A DNA stretch of 61,698 nt from Patellaria atrata CBS 101060 (Eukaryota), in the NCBI GenBank assembly GCA_010093705.1, contig MU006105.1, positions 486,615 to 548,312 of the forward strand, given 5' to 3'. The notes beneath the pieces were generated by a model. That model searched no databases and was not told the DNA's origin. It saw only the letters and a program-made list of their open reading frames with translations. Made by a program: the position numbers and the translations under genes. Numbering within the stretch: the stretch's first letter is position 1; each line of letters begins with the position of its first letter. This document shows positions 52,361 to 61,698 of the stretch, piece by piece.

Positions 52361-53883
52361 ATGGACGGTATCCAAGCACTGCGGGCACAACTACAGAACT
52401 CCTCCCAATGGACAAAAATTTCGTTATTTCTTCCAATACTTCCAGTAATCTATCTCCTGATTTCTGAGTTTTTAACCCAACAGAAAGAAAGAGAAGCTCC
52501 CGCAGGATGTCGTCAACTGGGAATCCCCCAAGGGCTTCCAAGCAAGTTATCAGACCAGTATGACAAGAGCTATGCTGAGGGTACCGAAGAAAGTAAAGAC
52601 GAGAATGGAAGGGGATTGTGGAAGATCAAGGCCTTATTCATCTATCCTCTCAAGAGTTGCTACCCGGTGGAGCTATTCGAAGGCGAAGTTATCTCCACGG
52701 GTATGGCATGTGATCGTCAGTTTACCTTTGCCCAGCTCGTCTCAAAGAAGGAGAAAGATGGAAATCAATCTCGGGATCCTCAATGGTCTTTCATCACCCA
52801 AAGGGAATACCCATTATTAACGAGAGTCAAGACGGAGCTTTGGGTGCCAGAACCAAACCTAGACACATATTCTAAAGATGCAGAGTTCGTCAAGAATAGG
52901 GGCTGTATCGTTGTCAAGTTCCCATTCACGCCTTCAGTTAGCTTCTCCCCTCAGGGGCTAAAGAACTTCTTCGATATACTAGTGGCTATGATTTCTAGCT
53001 TTAGCATGTATGCTGAACCTGAAGTATCTTTCCGTGTACCATTCAACCCAACCTCTGAGCGGTACAAGGAGAAAGGTTATACACGAGAAACGATGAAGAT
53101 CTGGAACGAATATCCCGAGGCTCTTAACGTGGGCTCTGAAATACCACCCGAGGCGCTGTCGAAACTTAAACACTTCCTTGGCGTGAGAAATCCGTTAACT
53201 CTGTTCCGTATCGACCCCCAAAGGTACCGTGAGGTCCATCGTGCTGCGCCGGAAAAGGATGTTTTAGGATTTCAACCTGTCATTGGCATGGCAGATGCGG
53301 TATGCCACCGTTGCTCGATTATGAATTCCTCGTACATCTAACTCTCTATTAAAAGTACCCCTTACATCTCGTCAACCTCTCTAGCGTCCACGATCTTGCC
53401 TCCAAACTCCCCTCAACCCCCAGAATCAACCTCGACGCCCTCCGCTTCCGCGCAAACATCTACAGTAAGTCTCCACGACAGCTTCCCTCCTTTCCCCCTG
53501 TTTCTCTCTCCAACTCCACTTTCTCTGCATCATACATCACCTCATTTTCCAACCTTAATTCGCCCTTCACAGTTACCGGTCCTCCCGCCTTTGAAGAAGA
53601 CACCTTCTCCATCCTCCGCCTCAATAACCGCAATTACCACGTTTCCTGCCGTACCGCGCGGTGCAAGCTTCCCAACGTCTCCTCCGCCACCGGCTTCGCG
53701 GATCTCAACCAGCCTTATGTGACGATGAGCAAGTATCGAAAAGTGGACAAGGGGTCCCCGAAACATCCGGTGTTTGGACTGCAGATGGTACCTATGGAGT
53801 CAGGGGTGGGATTACTGAAAGTGGGGGATGAGGTTGAGGTTGTGGAAAGGGTGGAAGGGGAACATGTTTATATCCCGCAGTAA
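52361..53883 (+). CDS. MOSC-domain protein (mARC-like) with N-terminal hydrophobic anchor, 3 exons
   Basis: MOSC_N motifs IKALFIYPLKSC and DRQFTFA; MOSC motifs DA|YPLHLVNLSSV, RFRANI, AFEED, CRTARC.LPNV and G.LKVGDEVEV. Introns 53300-53355 and ~53465-53572. Confidence 0.9.
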
Positions 53884-55618
53884 GCGGGGAGGAAGGGTGG
53901 CGGGATTTTGATGTTGGATTCACTGGTGACGTATGATAATTGATCAACAGCGATATCGAACAACATTTCATATCATCCTGGTACCATATCTCCTATCCTC
54001 CGCATTCACGAAATCACCCTCCTCTCCTAACCACCCGCCCCCCATATCCCACACTCCGACACCTCATCCCCATGTCCTCTCCCCTTCCCCCCAAGCTCAA
54101 ATGACGCCCCTACAGTCTTCCAACGTACCACATCCCCAAACGGATATCCCCGACTTCAACCATCACACATCGACCTGTACGCAAAAAATCAGCCCTGCTC
54201 CATTTCATCATACAATCCACATACCATCGCGTCAACCACTTCATCAACCCACGCCTCTATCTCCCTCCTCTTCCTACTTCCCATTAAATCCCCGAAGCGT
54301 CTGACTCCCTGCACTGTACGGTCTTGTATAGGTAGCGTTGGGGGATGCGAGGTCAGCGGTCCGTATGCTGTGGGTGCTAGTATGGGAGGTTAGGGGGCCG
54401 GTTGGGGGGCGTGTGGGGGTTGTGGTGTCGTTGGCCTGGGGAGAGGGGGGGGAGGAGAGCGGGTGGTGGCAGAGGAGGACGGCACGGAGGGAGTAGTAGA
54501 GGGAGAGGAGGAGAGCTTTTGGGGTGAGCCAGGGTGTTCACTTTAGGTGGTGGTGGCTATTGTGGTACTTTGGGGTCAATGGGACAGACTTGGGGTAGTC
54601 TTTTGAGGTTGAGTTTGTTTTGGGATATGGTGTGTTCTCCATTCTACTGCTCTAGACTATAATCTACTTTTATTTTACTTCATTTTATCCTACCGCACTG
54701 TTCACTGTCGGTATGTTTGAATCCGCTTCCTATGATATGGAGAAAGTAACCATCCAACCATCCGACTTCTTCTTCTCTTTCTTCTGTTCGAGACCCGGTT
54801 TTATTTTCTGTGAATACTTTTGTAAACCATGATACCGGTAGAGCGAGGTGTAAGTGCTGTGGTTCCAGTGGTTGCTGGGACAACGGGATGGGTAGTGAGG
54901 TGAGGTTGATGGATTATAGTGGATGTGCCTTGAGATGTATCACAGAGAAGAGGGATGACGATTTTTCGGCTGTTATTGTGATGCTTTTGAGAATTTTGAG
55001 CTTTTATTGTCGTGATTGAAGACAAGTGTCTCCAGCCAGATGTCGTGTAGGCCAAATTGAACAATGCCAGCGCAATGTCAGATTCTGATTGGAAACGTCT
55101 TCAGACTAATCTCATCAGTTAAAACACGCGAAGCAGTATAACGACACTTCTAGCTTTGTGGTTGTGTTTTGAACTCACTCGGTCTTCATCTATCTCTGTT
55201 CGGTCGGAAGTTGTAAACACATTTGAAAAATAAGGTGCCGTGGCTGTTATGCGCTCTCCGATGGAGATTACACCCCAGGCATGAATTGAGGAACATCTAT
55301 TTTCTGATCTGATGGATGTGGTCCGAACTTCTGGGAAGTGTTGGCCTTATTTGAGCTCCAGCGTTGCTTTGCGGGCGGCGAATACATACGTGACTTCGCA
55401 GATATCATACCTACGACTATGCTCGAGGCTCACGCGGGCGCACGCAAGATCGCTGGGCCTTAGGGACATGGTGCAAGGTATCACTTGAGATAGCAGATGC
55501 AAGTCAATTGCCAATCATAAACACTTTCGTATCCCTATCTCAGCTTTTGAGCGCATGTATTCAAAGACTATCTAAAGCAAATCTATCTAAATAGCATCAA
55601 AACAGAGTCAGCAAACAT

Positions 55619-55713
55619 CAAAGGCTATCAGATAATCAAGCCAGCAGCTGAAAACCATCCGAAGAGGTTATCAAGCTATTGCTAGAAATCATGAGTTCAT
55701 CATTTAGCCTTTG
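55619..55713 (-). ncRNA. Candidate box C/D RNA, copy 1
   Basis: Box C ATGATGA (55703-55697) and box D CTGA (55631-55628). Perfect 9-bp terminal stem CAAAGGCTA/TAGCCTTTG with the canonical 3-nt K-turn bulge. Internal hairpin capped by cUUCGg. Confidence 0.65.
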
Positions 55714-56171
55714 TAATCGCGGGTTCCAGTCATGATTTCTTTCCGCTACACCTTAATCCGAAGGTCTCACAGATGCCAGATTACCTCTGCACCGCATTGC
55801 AGTGCCCAGAGCTATTGGAAAAGAAAAAAGAGGAAGAAGTTTGGGGGAGACGAAGGGGTTTATATATCCTACGCCAAAGCTTCTGGCAGAATGCTAGATC
55901 AACCGAGACGGCCGTCAGATCACTCGAAGGCGGTAGAACCAGCTGGAGGACGACTGTGAATGTGTTTGGATCATTTATTTTGTATCGTCGGATTCGACGA
56001 TCAAGCAAAGTGGCCGGGTCTCCGACGTTCATGGAAAGACATCGCTTCAAGGGAGTTCAAAATGGTGGAAAGTTGATCATCACATTGAATATACCTATCT
56101 AATATCTACTATGTACTATCGAGTGAGAGAGCAAGAAACACCTGACAACCAAGCAGAATCTACAAACATCA

Positions 56172-56260
56172 TTGCTATCAGAACACAAGCCTAGCAGTTA
56201 AGTCACCTTCCGAAGAGTATGTCTATTGCTGAGGCAAGCGTAAGTTCATCATTTAGTCAA
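56172..56260 (-). ncRNA. Candidate box C/D RNA, copy 2
   Basis: Box C ATGATGA (56252-56246) and box D CTGA (56181-56178). Terminal stem TTGACTA/TAGCAA, extended stem II (AAC/GTT), the same cUUCGg apex and similar C-D spacing to copy 1. Confidence 0.6.
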
Positions 56261-59200
56261 GCGTAACCCGGGATACGCCATGATTTCCATCCACAGCGAC
56301 CTAAACCCGAAGGTCTCACGGGCGGGGATACACTTTCCCTTTGTAAAAAAGGAAAATAAGAAGAAGAAGTTTGGGGGGAGGGGATGAAAGGGCTTATATA
56401 TTCCATACCAAGGCTTCTGGCAGAAAACTGGATCACCCGAGGGCGGTCTAGCGGTTGCTAGATCACTCAGGGCGGTCGAAGGTGGTGTAAAGTTGTGGCC
56501 GAATCATCAAGGGGGCAGTTGCGGGACGTTTGATGTGCATTTGACTTGACTCTGTGATATTTGTTTCTTCAGGAGATCTTGCCGGCACACAGAGTACATG
56601 CGGGACGACTTTTCAGGGCTGTCATAATAGAGAAAGACATAGAAATAGCTTTATTGATCATAGAGATTCTTTCCATAAAGTAAACGGTACTGTCTTGAAG
56701 ACTAGCCTAAGAATAACTCACAATCTCCCTTTCGAACTGCCTCCTAAACGCCACTCGCCGCAACTCCGCAAGCAGATCTACTCTATTCCTTCAGGGCTGT
56801 GACCTCAATTCCACGGAACGATTATCGACGCATCTACGCAACCTATAAGAAAACACTAAGGGCTAGAGGAAGACGTTGTTGGTGCGCGAAATATATTTCT
56901 GACTATCACGAGTGATGAAATAATACCCTATAGAATGGAAATAGTACAGTACCATAGCAGAGCATACTCCCATGCTGTGAGCATAGAAGATCGGCCTTCA
57001 GATTATGCTCAGCCTCCGTGTTATTCTTCTCTCACTTATTAAAAATCGGTTCTCGGTAAGTCCCTTTTCCTCGTAGCGGCTCAACATGTTTTAAGAGTAT
57101 TCGAATTTAGGAGATGGATAGGCGGCGCTTTCTGATATCCATCGAGCGGAATTCCACAACCACACAATGTCCTATTCGGAAACCTTCCTTCAAGGCGACC
57201 ATATCCGATATCTCTTCGACTATTTTTTGCCCCTTCATCATGCATAGTGCTTGGAAGAAAGTTTGCCACCTGCCCAACTCGTATATACTAGACGGTTGAA
57301 TACTAGAACTCCCAACAAGTTTTCAGCTCCAAGGCAGCAACATATCATGTATGTTCAGGCTCAAAGAAGAATGCCACGGAAGAAGTCTCTTGAAACACAC
57401 GGGGAATGATATAGAATATAGCGGAAGGAATCGGAAAGAGATATGAAAGCACTTGGGCAGCATTGGCAGAGATCGGGCTGCAAATTCGGAGTCTTGGGAG
57501 GGCGGAGAGTGAGGCTCAAGGTCACACATCTCATCAACGTGGGATGGTTCTCAGCTAGACAGGGCTCTACATATTACCAGAAACGTATCAAAGGATCACA
57601 ACCCTCCAAGGCCGTTTGACATGCCCAGCGGGTGATTTCTGAGGTAAGCAGCTTATCTCGCGGTTAAGTGCTCTACTTTCTCCGCGTGGTTGACGAAAAG
57701 AGACGGGGGCGATAATAAGGATACCAGAATGAGGTTATGATTTATACCAGCCACAATGTGGCGGGCTTGGATGGAACGTCCGGGTGAGGTCAAGTTTGGG
57801 GGCGAAAAGATGGTTAGACCTGCCGCCCAAAGTTGGAGAACTACTGATTTCGAGAGAAATATAGAGGGCCTGAACAATGTCTGTACCGGAAACTCATTTT
57901 TTGATACAGAATCTAACAACAATCAACGGGATTACGGAGTTACATACCTGCTGGACGTAAAGTCGTGCAACATTGATAATCGATACCCAACTGCAGCCCT
58001 TTCTCAGGGCTGAGGATTCTTCGGCTCAGTAGACGTAGCCGTTGTGGTTTACACGCGTCGTTCTGGCGCAAGAAAGAAAATCTTCTACTATTGTTAGGAA
58101 ATTCGATCAAGTGATATCTGAACGAAGACTGTCGTCCAATAGACGACTATGCACCAACAACTGATCGCCCTCTCATTATTAGCAGTTTTTTATGCGTTCA
58201 ACACCTTGTCACGATAGTTCAACTCTCTCCTCTTCCCCTCCTGTCGCCTATACAGATATCCCTATTGAAACGGCCGGGTAGAGACTTCATCGGCGTGGAT
58301 CGTGAGGGCGCATATGTCGGCGTTGATGATAGGCATGCATCCTTAGTTCCCGCTGCTGTCTCGATGCCGTCCCGAATGTGTCCCTGAACGCTCTTCGGCA
58401 GCGAATGATTGTTGTCTCCAGTATGGTAGCCTCGACCAAAAAATGACTGCTGGACAAAAAAGCTTTAGAAACCACCCCTTGGTCTCTCGGCGGGCTTTGG
58501 AAGGGCGGTGCGTGAGGCGCAGAGAAGTACCATATACTACGGTCATATGAGGCCTAGCGTCTTGGAGTATGGTCCATGTTTCCCTTGAACTACTTCCCTT
58601 ATTCCCTGAGACAACGCACCCTCCATCTTCCATCTTCATGGCCGCTCGCCTCATCCATTCAGCTGCCTCAGACGGCACAAGACCAGAGCGGTACCTGATG
58701 ATCAGTCTGGTGCTAATGCGTAGTATTCAAACCATACCGTGCTTGTTAGATCCTCAACTTGAGCCCAGCGGACAACGGTACAGTATCATCGCCAATTCCA
58801 ACCATGTCTCTCCCGAATTTGTTACAGAATAGCTATTTACGATGGGGCTGAAAGTACCCTCGTGATCTCCAGTTCATCTTCTTCATTCTCTTGAAAAATC
58901 TTTAGTCGCAAATTGGGACACATTAGGACGAAAAGTGCAGGGCTTTATGGCCATGTACAGCCCCAGAGCTGTGCATTTTCGAGTCTCTCATACACCTCCC
59001 CTTCAGGTATCTTTGTAATAATCAGACCATTCTTGATTCTTCAGAGATTTTCATGGACCCCAAATTTATATTTGCCCCTAGTTGAGAAGTGGCTCGTTCG
59101 TCCGATGATGTTTTTGTATGATCGTCTAAACTTCCTACATTGTTGGCGGTGGCCGCCAGGCTGCACTTTTCAATATATGGTTTGGCCCATCTCACAGTGA

Positions 59201-59674
59201 GGTTAGAGTTACTCCTACTTTTATACTGGATATCTTTAGAGTAATATATCAATGGTCCTGACATTTGATATTTGCTCTTGATCAATTAAATTGCATCCCA
59301 TCTTATTGCTTTTCACATTGTTTCCATATAAACCTTCGGACTGTCTCAGTTCAGTTTGTCATCTGCAACAAATCATCATCAGCATATAAGGTACGTCCAT
59401 GTCCACCCTTTGACTTGACTTGATCAGCCGTTTGATTTTTCGTTAGTTTGCTCTCAACCTGAGTTCGATTTACTGCCTTATTTTGTTCACAACAATTTTT
59501 CCCGAGCAAAGGGACTTCTAAAGCATACTTACCACCTTTCTTTCACACGAAATACATATATACAAATCATCCATACGAATCTGAGCTTGTAAACTATATC
59601 GAGTAGCTCTCCTACCTTAGCGCAATAGCGGATCCCTTCTCATCATCCAACTTCCATCTCAACACAACATCCAA

Positions 59675-61636
59675 ATGTGTGTTATAGAGCGGAAGACGTA
59701 TACGTACGAAGACGGCTCGACGTCTAAAATCGATAACCTTCGCCCATGTGTTAATAGCGATGGAATACGGGACTGCGGGCGTGACGTCCAATACAGAGTC
59801 ATGGAGAGGAGCGTTAGAGAAGCAATACCACCTCCAAGCTATAAAATGAGGGATGCTGGGGCGTCTCCCGTTTCACCGAACTTCCCGCCTACACCACCTG
59901 GGGTAGCGCCTTTGAAGGTTCGTCGACCTGAATCCGACCTCACGTCATCCAATAGGGAGAGGCCAAGAAGTCAAAAGAAGTATTTTACCGTCCCAGGTAT
60001 CGTTTTCAACCTTGGTGGAAGCGACTCCAAAAAGGAGAAGAGGAGGTCAAGTCACACTCGCAACCCTAGCTCTGAAAGCTCGGGCATTGTTTACGTCGAT
60101 GATCCCGGAACAAGGCGACCACAGACGGCCTCATCGGTAATCAATGTTCCAGAGGTTTCAAAACCCCAGCCTGATTACAAAACGGCGTCTTATTATATAC
60201 CTCCACCTCCACCTCCGCCTCGACCATCGAGATTAGTTACGCCATCTACTGTTTCCGCTGAGAAAGAACCCGCAGTACGTAGTAGAAGACGGCCACGCCC
60301 ACTGGTTGTCGTAACGCATGCAGGCCCAAGCGAAGAACTTCCGATTCCTGAATTCGCTAATAGGGCACCATCACCACCTCGCCAACCCACTCGTCAACCA
60401 ACCGGCTACTTTCACACTCCCTCACCTGCAAATGAAACACTAGATGATAACGACGCCTACGCCCAATTCCGCAAAAGAGACCGCGAAAGAGAGCGCCGCA
60501 AGCCACAGGAAGAAGAAGACCACAGACTAGCGCAAGTCCTCGCACGCAAGGAGAGGGAAGAAGCGGACCGTGAAATGGCGAGAGACCTTGCTCGCAAAGA
60601 AAAAGAGAAAGAGGAAGCGCGACTGGCCGAACTGGAAATAGGAAGGTTCAAAGGTCGGGCTGAAGAACGAGCCATGGCAGCGGACGTTGCACGACAGTCC
60701 GCCCGCCTCGAAAGCAGGGAACAGGCACGCGCCGCACAACGCAAGCAAGAAGAAAGAAGGAAGGCAGAAGAAGAAGACGCCGCACGGGAAGCCTCGCGCC
60801 TGCAAGCCAGAGACCGAGCACGAGAAACATCGAGACAAACCCGCGACCGCGAAGACCTCAGAATAGCAGAAGAGGAAGCAGCCGCCGCTCTTAGAGCAGA
60901 AGAAGCCAAACGCCGCCGTCGAAACGAAGACATCAAACGCCTCAAAGACGAAGAAGACCGTCTGAAGGAGGAAGAACGCAGGACGGAAATTCTCAAGCGT
61001 CAGAAAGATGACACAGCCCACCAAAAGGAACTAGCAGACACCTACGACCAAATGGCCCGCGAGCGCTCCCAGGCACATTCAGTCCACCGCCTCGACTCCC
61101 TCGAACAGGAGGCCGCGGACGCGATGGAGCGCGCGGAGAGAGAGGTTAGGTATTGGTCTGGCGAAGTGGCTGAACGGGACGCCATGAGCATAACTGCGCC
61201 GTCTCGAGCTCAGCGCTCGCCGAGGGGCACAAGGTACGCGACGAGGGTGTACACGGAGCAGATTGAGGGCCCGAGAGCAGGGGAGAGGAGGAGTATCACT
61301 GCTGCTGCTGCACCGAGGGCCCCGGTCGATTTTGTCAAGTTCCAACCGCAGGGCCCGCCGTTGCCTGAGAGGCGCAGGGAGAGCGGTATGAGTGAGTGGT
61401 CTAAGCGTGTCCTCGATGAGGCGAGGCAGGATAGTAGGGTCAACAATGTCGGTGAGATGATTGCAAGGGTCGGTGGTGGTGATGATAGTGGGGATAGGGA
61501 TGATGGGGAGGAGGCGGGTGAGGTGGTCGTGAAGCCTGAGCGGCTAAGGAGAAGAGGCACGGTTGCGGGGGATGGGACGTATTATCGTGAGAGGGAGAGG
61601 GATGGGTATAGGAGGAGGCTGCTTTTGAGGTTTTGA
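59675..61636 (+). CDS. Hypothetical protein, Pro-rich/disordered N-half and long charged coiled coil
   Basis: 653-aa open frame with ATG in a CAAAATG-like context, three Cys in the first ~35 aa, poly-Pro and an E/R/K-rich heptad region. TATA at ~59327 and a possible 5'UTR intron (GTACGT at 59391 to TAG at ~59620). Confidence 0.8.
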   Translation: MCVIERKTYTYEDGSTSKIDNLRPCVNSDGIRDCGRDVQYRVMERSVREAIPPPSYKMRDAGASPVSPNFPPTPPGVAPLKVRRPESDLTSSNRERPRSQKKYFTVPGIVFNLGGSDSKKEKRRSSHTRNPSSESSGIVYVDDPGTRRPQTASSVINVPEVSKPQPDYKTASYYIPPPPPPPRPSRLVTPSTVSAEKEPAVRSRRRPRPLVVVTHAGPSEELPIPEFANRAPSPPRQPTRQPTGYFHTPSPANETLDDNDAYAQFRKRDRERERRKPQEEEDHRLAQVLARKEREEADREMARDLARKEKEKEEARLAELEIGRFKGRAEERAMAADVARQSARLESREQARAAQRKQEERRKAEEEDAAREASRLQARDRARETSRQTRDREDLRIAEEEAAAALRAEEAKRRRRNEDIKRLKDEEDRLKEEERRTEILKRQKDDTAHQKELADTYDQMARERSQAHSVHRLDSLEQEAADAMERAEREVRYWSGEVAERDAMSITAPSRAQRSPRGTRYATRVYTEQIEGPRAGERRSITAAAAPRAPVDFVKFQPQGPPLPERRRESGMSEWSKRVLDEARQDSRVNNVGEMIARVGGGDDSGDRDDGEEAGEVVVKPERLRRRGTVAGDGTYYRERERDGYRRRLLLRF

Positions 61637-61698
61637 GTGAAGCTGTCTCTTTTCTTCTTGGGTTTGGTTTTTGTCGGAGTCGTGTGTGGGTTCTGGGC

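Larger units (their letters stand above)
55595..56480. repeat. Diverged tandem duplication, unit ~340-380 bp, period ~550 bp
   Basis: Co-linear shared blocks CAAACATCA, GCTATCAGA, TCCGAAGAG, CTATTGCT, AGTTCATCATTTAG, CATGATTTC, CCGAAGGTCTCAC, GAAGAAGTTTGGGGG, TTATATAT, GCTTCTGGCAGAA and AGATCACTC at ~55595-55940 and ~56145-56480. Confidence 0.9.

Noticed and set aside
53930..55100. C-rich/G-rich block with minus-strand ORF fragments
   Set aside because: May be a decayed gene, but no identifiable product or consistent frame.
55612..56330. Hammerhead ribozyme, TPP riboswitch, U3 or small peptide as explanation of the tandem cassette
   Set aside because: The core is AATGATGA, not CTGANGA with a positioned GAAA; there is no TPP or U3 box A/B signature; micro-ORFs are not conserved between copies.

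Overview
Filamentous ascomycete (Pezizomycotina-type) genomic DNA with short spliceosomal introns. The left end (1-3.4 kb) is a transposon nest: a Copia 5' end, two solo LTRs and a dead RNase H-bearing LINE. A decayed yapsin-like aspartic protease follows. Next is a housekeeping block: uapA/uapC-type purine permease, SEC27, MSB2 mucin, HPPD divergent from a TTC36/HmgX-like TPR gene, TIP41, Aurora kinase, ATP23 and PRO1. A second, RIP-scarred LTR nest lies at 33.5-36 kb. creA sits in a large gene-poor interval, followed by a Rad51 paralog, a MOSC protein and a coiled-coil hypothetical gene. The most unexpected signal is at 55.6-56.5 kb: two diverged tandem non-coding cassettes on the minus strand. 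Each has a TATA promoter, repeated upstream motifs, a canonical box C/D kink-turn with terminal stem and conserved cUUCGg tetraloops, but no recognisable guide sequence. All calls are by eye; no database search was run.
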